The notes: generated by a model from the letters alone, not told the origin. A DNA stretch of 64,000 bases from Octopus sinensis (GCF_006345805.1 NC_042998.1:36146001-36210000); one strand, 5' to 3'; counted from the stretch's first letter, positions 12,013 through 25,085 are shown. Made by a program: numbers and translations.

Positions 12013-12215
12013 AAATTTCAGCATAGTTGAAATATATTGTGATGAATTTCATGTTTCAAAACGTTGCTTATTTTTACTCAGCCTGATACATTGTCATATA
12101 CCAAATGGAAGATGGCTTTAATAACAATGTGTAATACCCAGTTTATTTGTAGTTGACACTTAGAAAATTACTATTTCTAAATCTCATAACGAGAGATATT
12201 CAGCAACAGTGCTTT

Positions 12216-12463
12216 GGAATAAAGATTATTTGCCAACATAACATGGCACTCCTGGTTAAGGACGAATATTGCTGTAATTTAGCCCCAGGAGACATCGTCT
12301 CAAGCTGGTTATACAACACGATGTGTCCTTATATTTTCGAAAATATAAGGACACAGATCGTGTCGTATAGCCAGCTTGAGACGATGTCTCTTGGGGCTAA
12401 ATTACAGCAATATTCGTCCTTAACCAGGAGTGCCATGTTATGTTGGCAAATAATCTTTACTCC
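12216..12463. mobile_element. Palindromic MITE-like/fold-back element with ~123-bp arms
   Basis: Centre ttttcgaaaa (12334-12343); arms near-perfectly complementary; homologs at 8228-8456 and a single arm at 43868-44002. Confidence 0.9.
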
Positions 12464-12689
12464 ATAGTTGACACTTGTTGCCCTCATATCTGCAGAGTAA
12501 TGTGTTTCACTGGAAATAACAGTAAGTAGATCAGAAGCTTGTACTGAATACAACCAGAGTCACAGTAGGATCTCATCAAATGTGATACGAGTGAGGGGTT
12601 TGAGAGCAAAGTTTCAATCCAAGGGACAAGAAATTGGATGAACCCAGGAGCAAACTGAGTTGTAGAATTTCTGGCAGAAGTGCGTTGCT

Positions 12690-13200
12690 GATGTCAAAGT
12701 AAATCTTGCTAGAAAGAGACTCTTGATGCATGGAAAGCAATTTTCTATAAATCCAACTTGACTAGAATCGAACAACTAATAACCGAAAAGAGAGAACGAG
12801 ATATTTTATGACTCTTAGTATAACTTTAGCATCACTTTCTGTGGCAAGGTTTTTTGTGGTAAGAACAGAAAGATGTGAAGAGAAGCTATCTTGAGTTGAG
12901 GCGGCACAAAATTCGGTTTTATAATTTCGATCGAAGAGACGGAGGGAGAAAAAAGAGGGTTGGTGTTCTCGTGGCAATAATTGAATATTGGGGTTGAGAG
13001 GATGGTAGTGTGAGATACAGGGTTTGACGTTCTGGGGATGGTGTACGTTGCTAAGTGCTTCCATGCGTTGGAATAGATACCTGCTAAAAGCGAATAGTTT
13101 TGCGAGGAGAGTGACCATTCCTGGATCACACTAGCTTCACGATGGACGATTGAGATTACATTTTTGAGATGAAGAGGTTTTCACTCTTGGTAGCTGTTTG
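12690..13200 (-). mobile_element. Decayed repeat related to 10330-10720 (LINE-like, tentative)
   Basis: Shared nucleotide blocks with 10330-10720; no clean protein motif recovered. Confidence 0.35.
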
Positions 13201-13637
13201 CACGTTGTTGTGGTGCGTGAGATTTAAAATAAAGTGAGTTTGGAATCAGAGCGTGATAGCTGCAAATGAGATTCTGGCTTAAATACTCACAACAGAGCGC
13301 GTTATACAAATCTCCTGAAGAACTACCAACGCTCAGCAAAAATTTCAAATGCGCTTTGCTCTTGGTATTCTTGAGGAGGAGTTGTGTGTCGGTAAAAGAG
13401 GTAAGTTTGTATGAAGCACAAGGTTGTCGGATAAACCTTGAAGACAGAACGTTTTAAGTTTAGGAATAAAGAAAGAAGATAGAAAACAGAAGGTATTTTT
13501 GCCGAATAAAATACTTGAACAAAGCAACAATTTGTTACAGAAATGAAAGTAGTTTATTGTGTGTGTACTTGTATGTAGATGTATATACATATAAAGACAT
13601 ACACACACACACACACACATATATATGAATATATATC

Positions 13638-13968
13638 CTTTTATTCTTTTACTTGTTTCAGTCATAAGACTGCGGCCATGCTGGGGCACCGCCTTGAAGA
13701 ATTTCAGTCGAACGAATCAACTCCAGTACTGACTTTTTAAGCCTCAAACTAATTCTATTCGTTTCTTTTTCCGAACCGCTACGTTACGGGGACGTAAACA
13801 CACAGGAAAAGGGCTTCTTCCAGTTTCCTTCTACCAAATCTACTCACAAGGCTTTGGTCAGCCCGAAGCTATAGTAAAAGGCACTTGCTCAAGGTGTCAC
13901 GCTGTGGGACTGAACACGGAACCATGCCTTTTAGAAGCAAACTTCTTACCACACAGCCACGCCTGCAC
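13638..13968 (-). mobile_element. tRNA-derived SINE, family A
   Basis: Reverse complement has the head gcaggcgtggctgtgtggtaag and the tail cagcatggccgcagtc..tgactgaaacaagtaaaagaataa. Confidence 0.9.
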
Positions 13969-14489
13969 GCGCGCACGCACCACACACACATATATCTATC
14001 CATCCTTATATATAAATGTATATGTAGCAGTTATTCGCACATACATATACACATGCTTGCACATACACGCACACACGTGTATGTATGTATGTGTGTGTAT
14101 ATATACCATCTTTACAATCATGTGTGAGGAAAATTTGAAAAGAAATAAAAATAGTAAGTTATGGGGCGCCGTGACCGTGTTGGGAGGGTGGCGGTGGTGA
14201 AAGAAGGAAAAGTTTTCTTAAGACATGCCATGTGGAAGAAACAAGATGAAATATGGTAAGATGCTGAGCAAATCGAATTGTTTAAAAGAATTCCTATACA
14301 TTACTGTAAAGCCATTGAAATACTGATAATTTACAAATTGAATAATTAAAATAAAGTTAATTATTCATGTTCTGTCTTTCGAGGTCGAATGCTGACAAAG
14401 TTATACTTTCACAAAGAATTGAGAGAGAAGAGGAACGAAAATAGCTCAGGAAAGTTAAACTAATGTTATTATCACGTACCTGTGTTTGT

Positions 14490-15136
14490 GTATGTGTGTG
14501 TACGTACGTGTGTGTTTATATGTGAGTGTATGTGTGTGTACGTACGTGTGTGTTTATATGTGAGTGTATGTGTGTGTACGTACGTGTGTGTTTATATGTG
14601 AGTGTATGTGTGTGTGCGTGTATATATGTGTGATTGTGTGTATGTGTGATTGTGTGCATGTGTGATTGTGTGTGTGTGATTGTGCGTGTGTATGTGTGTG
14701 TGTCTATGTGTGTACGTATATTAGTTACCGTATATCGTATACCCGTGGTATTTGTGTTGTTTATTCATATGTATGTATGTATACACACACACATATATAT
14801 ATATATACACATACACACACACATATATATATATATATACATACATATACACACATACACATATATATACACTCACACACATATATATACACATACAGAC
14901 ACATATACACACACACACATACGCACACATATATATATATATACACACATATATACACACATATATATACACACACGCACGTATATATACACACACATAC
15001 ACATATATACACACACACATACATATACACACACATACACATATATATACACACACATACACATATATATACACACACATACACACATATATACACACAC
15101 ATACACACACATATATATATATATATATACACGCAT

Positions 15137-15170
<34 letters not shown>
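14490..15170. repeat. 38-bp tandem repeat x3 followed by a compound (AT)/(AC) microsatellite
   Basis: Unit tacgtacgtgtgtgtttatatgtgagtgtatgtgtgtg starts at 14501, 14539 and 14577. Confidence 0.9.
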
Positions 15171-15174
<4 letters not shown>

Positions 15175-15189
15175 TATTGATAGTACCGG

Positions 15190-15495
15190 CACTCCGTCGC
15201 TTACGACGAGGAGGAGGGCTCCAGCTGATCCGATCAACAGAAGGGCATGCTCATGAGATTAACCTGCAAGTGGCTGAGCACTCCACAGACACGCGTACCC
15301 CTTCACACACTTCTTAAGGAGAGTCAGCTTGAGACAGAGTGTGACAAGGCTGGCACTACAGGGACTACTCATTTTTGTCAGCTGAGTGGACTGGAGCACC
15401 GTGAAATAAAGTACCTTGCTTAAGAACACAATGCGACGCCGGGAATCGAACTCGCGACCCTACGATCGCGAGCCGAATAACCTAACTACACGCCT
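15190..15495 (-). mobile_element. tRNA-derived SINE, family C
   Basis: Colinear with 26835-27148. Confidence 0.85.
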
Positions 15496-15498
15496 TCT

Positions 15499-15542
<44 letters not shown>

Positions 15543-15755
15543 TTATATTTATTCTTTCACGTGTTTCAGTCATTTGACTGCGGTCATGCTAGAGCACCGC
15601 ATTTAGTCGAACATATCAACCCCAGGACTCATTCTTTGTAAGCTCAGTACTTCTTATTTTATCGTATTCTTTTGCCGAAGCGCTAAGTTACGGGGGACTA
15701 AACATGCCAACATCAGTGTCAAGCGATGGTGGTGGTGGTTGGGATAAATACAGAC

Positions 15756-15808
<53 letters not shown>

Positions 15809-15834
15809 TACATACGCCGGGTTTCTTTCAATGC

Positions 15835-16155
15835 AGACTTTTCTCAGTCTCCAATAGCAGTCTCTCCAGGCGTGACTTCTCGCCACATTTAGGGTGCTTG
15901 CTCAGGCAGTTCGCAATCTTTGTCCGTCGTCTCATAAGATCCTGTTTGAGGATCCCTTTCTCAATCAACTTCCAATTTGCTTTGTGAAAATTTAGTTTGG
16001 AGAGATCCTGGGTGCTTCTTATAGGCTGCATGTCTGCTGGAGCTTTTGGTCTATACACAGACAGCTCTAATATGTTGTGACCCGCGACCAGCGTCGGTGT
16101 CGCTTTAACATTATGGATAATGTCCATATTGTTTGTGAAGCAGAGAGCCAGGATA
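15835..16155 (-). mobile_element. CR1-group LINE ORF2 fragment (end of APE endonuclease and linker)
   Basis: RVNNILALCFTNNMDIIHNVKATPTLVAGHNILEL...LSKLNFHKANWKLI matches the NNILDL.FTN...SDHN...NF.KADW pattern of APE-type LINEs. Confidence 0.75.
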
Positions 16156-16171
16156 TTATTTACCCTATACT

Positions 16172-16206
<35 letters not shown>

Positions 16207-16760
16207 GAATGTATATATACACACACGCATATATATATATATACTCATATACATGCATACACACACACACTTATATATATATATATATATATATATATAC
16301 TCATATATAAATACATATATACACACATATACTCATATATACATACATATGTATGCACATACACACACATATATATATACTCATACATACGTATACACAC
16401 ACACACACATATATGTACTCATACATACATATATAATCTTTTATTCTTTTACTAGTTTCAGTCATTTGACTGCGGCCATGCTGGAGTAGCACCTTTAGTG
16501 GAACAAATCGACTCCAGGACGTTGTGAACCTAATATTTATTTTATCACTTCCTAATATATATATATATATATAGGTAAAAACGGTAAGATAACAAAAGAA
16601 AGAAAGAGACCTCAATATTATGTAAATAGAGGAAATTTATCTATAAAATAATATGTACAATTATTCAATAGTCAAGATAAAACTCTGAGTTTCGGATGCC
16701 AAAGTGGAAATCCACAACACCATCTCTTCGGTTATCTGGCCATCTCCAGATATATATATT

Positions 16761-17965
16761 TTAGGTTGTTTCACATAAAATGTCATATTTGAAATAAACT
16801 GTTTCCGAAGTGTTAGAGAACTGATTTATTTAATCAAAGTATAATCCATGTTCATTTATGACGTTTACCCAATGTTTCTCTATGCCATATATTCATATTT
16901 AAAAAAGAAATTCATCTTTTGCTGTGATAATCTGTCCGAATGCTTCAATTACTTTTCTCAATTTAAGAATGTTTTATTGCTTATGAAAAGCTCAAAATGC
17001 TTAAATAAGTGATGATCAGTAGGTGAGACATCAGGGGAATAGGGAGGATGTAGCAAAATCTCATAATTCAGGCTTTGCAACTTTTGGAAGAATGTGAGGA
17101 CGTACATTGTCGTGGAGCAAAATTGGGCCATATCTATTCACTAGTCTGGGTTGCTTCTTTTTCAAATTCTCATGCATACAATCAATTTCCTGACAATTCG
17201 ATGTTGCTGTTACCGTTTTTCCTTGCTGCAAAACTGAATAATGAATAACTCCCTTCGCAGACCACCATACAGTGACCACTAACTTTTTAGGGTTCAATGG
17301 TGGATTTGGGTAGTGTTTAGGTGACTCTCCTGCATCTAATCACTGTCCTGCTCTCCTGCTGTTGTCAAAGAGTATCCATTTCTCATCATACGTAATGATT
17401 TCATGCAAAAATGGTCTTTTCCAGTCGAAAAAGCAATAAGGATTACACTTCGAAGAGCCTGGTTTTTGAATATCGTTTAGTTGATGAGGAACGAAACCTA
17501 TCTGTTTTCATGACTTTTCCAATTTTTCACAGCTGTCCAAAAACAATTGTGCGAGATGTTTGGAGTTCTGATGAAAGTTTTCGAACCATCGTTTCCGGAT
17601 TTTGTTCAATCAAAGCATTTAATCCATCATACTGAATAACTAATTTTGGCCTACCCCTTGGTTTATTATCATCAAGGCTATCATATCCTGAACGAGAGCT
17701 TTGGAAATATCTCTGAACAGTTCTGATGTCAACAAAACCATTATCAAAACCCTGCTTGATATTCCGTAGAGCTTCTGCAGCAGAGTGACCCTGTTTGTAC
17801 TCATACGAGAAAATCACTCAACATAATTTGGTTGTTATCATTTCCATAAGGTCTGTGGGTACTAATATTCTTGGGAAAGAACAAGAGTCAAGAGGTAAGG
17901 TATACATAATTGAGTTTTTAAATGACTGAAATTAAAAATGTGACATTTGATGTGAAACAGCCTAA
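16761..17965 (-). mobile_element. Second mariner transposon, near full length, decayed, with a different TIR family
   Basis: TIRs ttaggttgtttcacataaaatgtcatattt and aaatgtgacatttgatgtgaaacagcctaa followed by TA; length 1205 bp. Confidence 0.95.
16830..17847 (-). pseudogene. Mariner transposase pseudogene
   Basis: HTH region YEYKQGHSAAEALRNI...TVQRYF...RGRP; KKLVVTVWWSAKGVIHY; LLHDNVRPH; HPPYSPDVSPTDHHLFKHF; frameshifts and stops. Confidence 0.95.
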
Positions 17966-18154
17966 TATATATATATATTATATAGGCGAGCTCATCTGAG
18001 TTTGCGTTTGTCAAATCCATTTGTAAGGTTTCAGTTGGCCCAAGACTATTGTATATGACACTTACCCAAGGTATCATACAGGGAGACTGAACCCGGGAAC
18101 ATCAGGATGGGAGAACGGGGAACAAATATCTTATCATTCTTATGACACACACAC

Positions 18155-18204
<50 letters not shown>

Positions 18205-19059
18205 GTGTGTGTGTGGTGTGTGTGTGTGTGTGTTTGTAGATAGAGAGAAATGAAGAGACAGAGGCAGAGAGAAACTTTGAGATAAGTTAATAGTATGCAC
18301 ACTATTTAGCTCTTTCTCACACACACACACACACACACATTTGCGTGTGTGCGTGTCTGTGTGTATGTCGAGGTTGCACCAATATCTCAGATGTTAAGCA
18401 GGGTTAGAAGAAAAGGAAATTGATGTTGTCAGAATTCAATAAACCAAGATCAATAGAAGAAAAGGAAAACGTTGGTGTTTGGGTCGCAACCATTCACCAA
18501 ATCCTACGACGCGACGTTTACAGCATGGCTGCTAAACGAAAAAAAGAAATTGGTGATTGGATTGATATTTAATATTTATAAAAAATGTAGAGTTGTTTGT
18601 AAAGAGTGAAAGCTTTTGATAAGGCAAGGCCATGACCTGGTTTCAATCCCTGGCTGCAGTTGTTTCATCTCAATTTGGGACAAAATCGAAATGGAAGTAC
18701 TTCCGAATTACTCTTCAGGTAAGGCTTTTAGTGCTTCTGGGTTAAATAAAAGAAATGCCAGACAAGTAGTAGTCACCGATTTAAACGATTTTGCGGTCAC
18801 TAAAAAATTATTGTACGTTTTCTGGTTTTACTCATATACTTACATACAAGAATGTTCCTTTGTCGAAGACATACGGTAAGCCGTATTCCTCGTGCCAAAA
18901 TCTGTTGATTCTGCTCCAGTTCTTTCTATAGTAGTTAAATCTTGTAGGAAACTAAATCCAAGAGGCTGAATTTTTTTAGATTATAAAATGAGAAAACTAT
19001 ATTTTAAATGAAGTATTTAAATTTATACACGAGACGTCGTATCAAATATATGTCAACAG

Positions 19060-19687
19060 AGGCGCAGCAGTTGCTGTGGTAAGTAGTTTGCTTATGAACC
19101 ACATGGCTCCGGGTTCAGTCCCACTGCGTGACACCTTGGGCAAGTGTATTCTACATTATTTACATTGAACGGATATTTGTCCTCATCTTGTTTGTTGTTA
19201 ACACAACGTTTCGGCTGATATACCTTCCAGCCTTCGTCAGGTGTCTTGGGGAAATTTCGAACCTTGATTCTCATTCCTAAGGTATTTTTCGATATTATTA
19301 TTATTATTATTATTAATTATAAGATCACTGCCTGGAACCGTACTCGGAATCTTGGGGTTATTAGCCCGGGCATATAGCATAGTGGTTAAGAGCCCAAGAT
19401 TTCGAGTTCGATTCCAGGCAGTGATCTGAATAATAATAATAATAATAATAATATCGAAAACATCTTAGGAATGAGAACCCAGGTTCGAAATTTCCCCAAG
19501 ACACCTGCTGAAGGCTGGAGGGTATATCAGCCGAATGGTTGTGTTAACAACAAACAAGATGAGGACAGATATCCGTTAAATGTAATTAATGTACATAATT
19601 CCTCATCTCTTAAATATAGAACTGTATTGTCTTCTGCTTAAACCTAGGGCCGGCCAAAGCTTTATAAGTGGATTTGGTAGGCGGAAA

Positions 19688-19745
<58 letters not shown>

Positions 19746-19935
19746 GCCCATCAACGCTTGACAACCGATGTTGGTGCGTTTACGTCCCGGTAACTTAGCG
19801 GTTCGACAAAAGAACCGATGGAATAAGTACTAGGTTTACAATGAATAAGTCCTGGTGTCGATTTGTTCGACTAAAGGCGGTGCTTCAGCATGGCCGCAGT
19901 CAAATGACTGAAACAAATAAAAGAATAAAAGAATT
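19060..19935 (+). mobile_element. SINE family A interrupted by a nested insertion at ~19154-19620
   Basis: Head ends at gggcaagtgtattcta (19153); body resumes at ttgtcttctgc (~19627) and runs to the tail gactgaaacaaataaaagaataaaagaa. Confidence 0.85.
19154..19625. mobile_element. Head-to-head inverted dimer of a tRNA-headed, (TAA)n-containing element with a hammerhead-like tail
   Basis: Left arm 19155-19365 is the reverse complement of right arm 19385-19590; motif cctgacgaaggctggaaggtatatcagccgaaac. Confidence 0.8.
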
Positions 19936-20644
19936 AGTAATTCGTATTATAAATCTATATCAGTATTATAGAAATGGCGGTGTTGGTAACACACGCACAT
20001 AGCAAGCTTTCATAAATGAAATCTCTCATAATGTGTGCAAATAACTAATGCTGATATATTTCTGGTACCCGCTAACTTGAATGCGGCTCCTTAAATTGGC
20101 ACTCGGATCCCGTCAACAACCCGCCTACACTAGAAAAGGTGACGCCAGTAGACATGCCAATGTCATCATCTTTCGGACCAGTCGACTTGTGTACTGAGCC
20201 AATAAACGCACGTACATTATTACTTTTCAAACCAATCAGCGAGAGAGATCGATGCTTAAGAAAAGAACACCTCTGTTAACATGAAATGGTATTGTTGAAG
20301 TGGATGTATTGGTTGTCGGCGTCAAAAATGTAACACGGCCGTATGGGGCTGGGCCAGAGTCGTCTGACACAGTACCAGATCACATTGTACTGGTCGGTAC
20401 AACGGAGGTACAAGCAGCCAGAGTCATCCTTGCAGGTTTATATTGGTATCTTCGCGGTATATACATTCCTTGTTTATATGATTATCTGTGTATTTCTATT
20501 TGCAGAGCATGAAATCTTAAGATATAGGATTATCCGAAATTTTGTAAATCTTGTCCGTTACCTCGCATCCGACCTAGGGTTATAAATAGAGAACTAATCT
20601 AGAGTGGATTGTAGCGATGCATTAAATGTTTATAAAATTCATCC

Positions 20645-20675
<31 letters not shown>

Positions 20676-21270
20676 TTCCTTCTTCAAATATTCTTCCGTT
20701 TCCCAAGGTGTTTTCCGTACACCTAGGGCAGAGAAGCTCATTGTGTGCATTCCCAGATTACACACGCAAATTCACAGGTAAAATATGTATTTAAAAAATG
20801 AATAAATTCATGAATGGATGTTGTTTTCACAGCGATAATGCTCTTCTCAGTACATGAGTCGTTCCAGTTAACACGACTTTTTGCACTTCCTGTAGGGATG
20901 GTAAGCCTGGTATCATTTTCAAAGAGGTTTCAGTACCTTTTTTTATCCTTCCTAGAGATCCTACAATCACTGGTACTGTAGTCGCCTTGAGATGCCACAT
21001 TTTTTCAATTTCTATTAGCCTTATATTTACTAATCATGTCAAATGTTTTCGCCGCTATATTGTGATCGCAAGGAATACTCATATCAATTAATAAACACAT
21101 CTTTTTTGTCTGATCTTTTATAATAATATCCGGTTTATTAGCTTTTATATTTTTGTCGGTATGTACGGAGAAGTCCCAGAGAATCGACACATTTTCTCCC
21201 TCAGTCACAGCTTCAGGATGGTGTTTATACCATTTGTCAGCGGTTTTGATTTTATAACGCCGACATTATA
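20645..21270 (-). mobile_element. R4/Dong-like (R2 superfamily) non-LTR retrotransposon, 5'-truncated, with restriction-like endonuclease domain, 3' UTR and (TAA)n tail
   Basis: KWYKHHPEAVTEGENVSILWDFSVHTDKNIKANKPDIIIKDQTKKMCLLIDMSIPCDHN...EIEKMWHLKATTVPVIVGSLG...LQEVQKVVLTGTTHVLRRALSL* (PD-(D/E)xK RLE); TAA repeats at both ends. Confidence 0.92.
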
Positions 21271-21285
21271 AAATTATTATTATTA

Positions 21286-21475
21286 AGGCAGAGAGTTGGC
21301 AGAAGCGGTATTTCGTCTGTCTTTCCGTTCTGAGTTCAAATTCCGCCGAGGTCGACTTTACCGTTCATCCTGTCGGGGTCGATAAAATAAGTACCAGTTC
21401 TGTACTGGGGTCGATGTAATCGACTAATCCTCTTCCTCCAAATTTCAGGTCTCGTGCTTACAGTAGAAAGGATTA
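21286..21475 (+). mobile_element. tRNA-derived SINE, family B (Meta-domain-like)
   Basis: gagttcaaattccgccgaggtcgacttt...catcct.tcggggtcgataaaataagtaccagt, which resembles the MetaSINE central domain. Confidence 0.8.
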
Positions 21476-22500
21476 TATATATACAAATATAAATAATATG
21501 ACCGTATTAGTTATACATATGGAAGTAATGATAATGCAGTTCTATATTTAAGAGATGAGGAATTAAGTACATTATTTGCAATTGATGGATATTTGTCCTC
21601 ATCTTGAGGACAAATATCCGTGAATTGTAAATAATGTAAATAATGTATTAGTAATGAGTTTATATAACTAAAGTATTGCCAATAAAGATAATATCTAATG
21701 ATGCTTTTCATTTGTCTGTTACCCCAGACAAGGCCCTTTGTTTGTTCAAGAATTCTGGCTAATTCAAGAATATCCAGTTGATTCAAGAATCCGCCGCCAG
21801 CTATCCCTTCCAGCCAATATTTTTGCCATTTCATGCTATTAATCAAACGAAGATATGGTCACGTTGTTTATTTGCAAAATTTTATTTTTGCGATCTCATA
21901 AAATGTATTCTTTTAAGTTTCAGCTATCACATTCAAGCTAGAACACTAAAAAAAAAAAAAAAAAAAAAAATTTCTGCAGAACTTCGCGTTATTCCCATCA
22001 CAATTTTAATATCCTTCAAACGATCTCTGCTTCAGCCTTTTTTCTTCTTCTCCCTCCTCCGCTTTATTCCGGTTTTTGGTATTTTTTTTCTTCTTTCTAT
22101 TATGCTTTTATTATGTTTATTTTTTGTAGCTGTCATTGTTGTTGTTTATCTTCTTCTTTGCTCCTTTTTTTTCTTCTTCTCTTCTGCGGTTTCTATTAGA
22201 TTTTTTCACGATTTTCCAAATTTACACCTGGGAATTAACATATTTCACTCATTCCTTTCAGTGGCTTTAAGGTATTCCATCATTACGAAATCAATATAGC
22301 AGGAAGAAAGAGAGAGAGAGAGAGAGAGAGAGGGAGGGAGAGAGACACAAATATAGAGGAGGAATGAGAGAGACTGGAGAAAGGAGGAGAGATGAAGAGA
22401 GGAGTGCGCGCGCGCGTGAGAGAGAGAGAGAGCGCAAATAAAGAACAAGAGTTCTTGAAAATCATAGGAAACATGCATAATGATTTAAAGTAGGCAAGAA

Positions 22501-22553
<53 letters not shown>

Positions 22554-24776
22554 CACACACACACACACACATATATATATGAATATTTAATATAATTACA
22601 AAAACACATACATATATATTTATATATGTATATGCGTGTATATACATATATATATATATGTGTGTGTGTGTACACACACACACATATAAACAAAGAGCAA
22701 TATGTCTGTATTTTGTTTTAATCATCACAGTGAAGGTTAAGCTGGAGCACTTCTGTCTGTCTATCTATCTATCTATCATACTTAATGCACACACACTGTC
22801 GATAGTTAGTTACAGCAATGTGTATACAATATATATGATACATAGATGACAATTTGAAGTAAATGCTGCCTCAGACGTGTGTGTGTGTGTATATCGGATG
22901 TGTGTGAGTGTTTATAATTAATACGCACGTATACACATCTATGTGTCAGCGTATGTACAAATAAAATTGCGAGTGTGTTAAATTGGGTTATATTGTTTTT
23001 TTCCGGTTCGTTTGCTTCCTCTTTTTATGAAAACACACACACACACAGGTATGTATATATTTTTAGGCACTAAGGGGAGAAAATGTTAACATAGCCAATT
23101 ATTTTTGAATGACTTGAAAAGATTTTTATTAAGATCAAAACAGAAAGCAGACATGAATCCTTATTTGCGACATAAGCATTTCAAGCAGTTTTTATAGTAG
23201 ACTAACGCTGCAAATGAATGACGTCGAGTGCCGAACCAATTTAAACAAATCTAACATCCAGATACTAGTATTAATCAACGGAAAACTTCTAACAATTCAA
23301 GACAAGATGGCGCTTATCAATGCATATGAGACAAATATTCTAGCTGTTGACAAATCCTATTATAATTTTGCTACAGTTACTGTAGCGAATGTCACAGTAA
23401 TGAAAAGATGGACAGTGAAAAGGAAATATGAAGACTAACAAAAGATGAAAGCCGAGTAACTAAGGATATGTCAGGAGAATTTACAACTATGGAAGAAATT
23501 CAATCGATTTTATGTTTTCGCACCATTTTGGCACCTTCTCACAACAAACGCTAAATGAGCTGGCCTGGTTAAATATAACTCCGAGGAACAACAACAAAAC
23601 TTCACGTCAATCAACGCCAGTGTTAATAATAGTTGATTCAGTGTTGAAGTCCTCAGCGTAATGTCGCTGGTTCAAATCAAGCATCGTTCCAGAGCGATGT
23701 CTATGGACAAGGGCCTGATATTCAAATAACCACATTTATCTGGCTCTAAATCTATATCAGTGAGTGAGATTCTTTGTAATCTCACGAACTGTTAGAAGTA
23801 GCAGCTAAACCTCTCTCTCAAATTTCATTCCGCACTTTTATAAGAAACTGGACAAGCAAATAATATATTGGGTTTCGCGATAAGCTTCCTGAAAAGATGT
23901 GATGTTTACAGCTCGACTGTCTTTGACCTTAGATCTGCACAGCTTCAGCTGACCAGGGCTAAACAAAAACAACAATTACAACAGCAACAAAAATAACAAT
24001 ACCATCCATACCTTATAATATACACAATGCATCGCTGTCGGTAGCAGGTGTACAAGGCAAATAAACGAAACTAGCAAGTGTTCTGTTTCAATTTTTCTTT
24101 TCTTCTTGAAGGTGTTATATCTTTTGGCGAATGTCTGTTAAATACTCGGTAACTTTGTTTCTCATTCTCTCTCACCCTTTCTGTCCGTCTGTCTGTCTGT
24201 CTCATCTTCCTTCTGTCTTTCTTTAATACAATTACGTTCTTAAAACTAATGCTGCTCTCCCCACTCAAGTTGAAACGTTTAAAACTTGTGAATAACTTGG
24301 TATTCGCTTTTTGTTCTAAAGGAATATTGTAAAAGAGTTAATGAAGATGATAAAAACAGTAAACATAACCCTAACTCTATCCCACAAATCTCACTCAATT
24401 GCTTAAGAAACCGGAGGACATATTAGATAATACGGGTCTGGATATACGACGTCTGAAAAAGACGCCAAGTTGGAGGGTCGAATGTATTTGATCCTAGTTC
24501 AACTATAGAACGCATTTGGCTGTATCTCTCTCTTATACCGCATTTACGCATAGTTTGGCTACATAACCTATTCTAACGTACTTGGCCAGAGTTTTGCTGT
24601 AGAACTCATTTGGCTATAGATCTGCTATTTAACGTATTTGATCATAGACCTGTTACGGGACATTTTTTCGTAGTAATGATATAAACAATGGAATCAATTT
24701 TATTCTGTGACGACGAAAACAAGGACAGCTCATTGGAGAGAAAGGTTATATATTTTATTCTTCTGCTTGAATTATT

Positions 24777-24833
<57 letters not shown>

Positions 24834-24886
24834 CCATTCATGTCCATACATAAATACACTCACACATATACACAGACATACGTGTA

Positions 24887-24937
<51 letters not shown>

Positions 24938-25085
24938 CGAACCATTTCCATACATAAATACACTCACAAACACGCATATATACACAACACACATATACCC
25001 AGACATACATGTATGTATATATATATATATATGTGCATACATTCCATACATAAATTCACACACACATATATACACAGATATACGC

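Larger units (their letters stand above)
10834..12086 (+). mobile_element. Mariner (DD34D, Hsmar1/cecropia-like) DNA transposon, near full length, decayed
   Basis: TIRs tcaggttgagtaaaaagtaagcaacgttttgaa and ttcaaaacgttgcttatttttactcagcctga followed by TA; length 1253 bp; transposase pseudogene inside. Confidence 0.95.

Noticed and set aside
23295-23320. YY1-like AAGATGGCG and nearby CRE-like motif as a promoter
   Set aside because: Short motifs without a CpG island or downstream gene; expected by chance in 64 kb.
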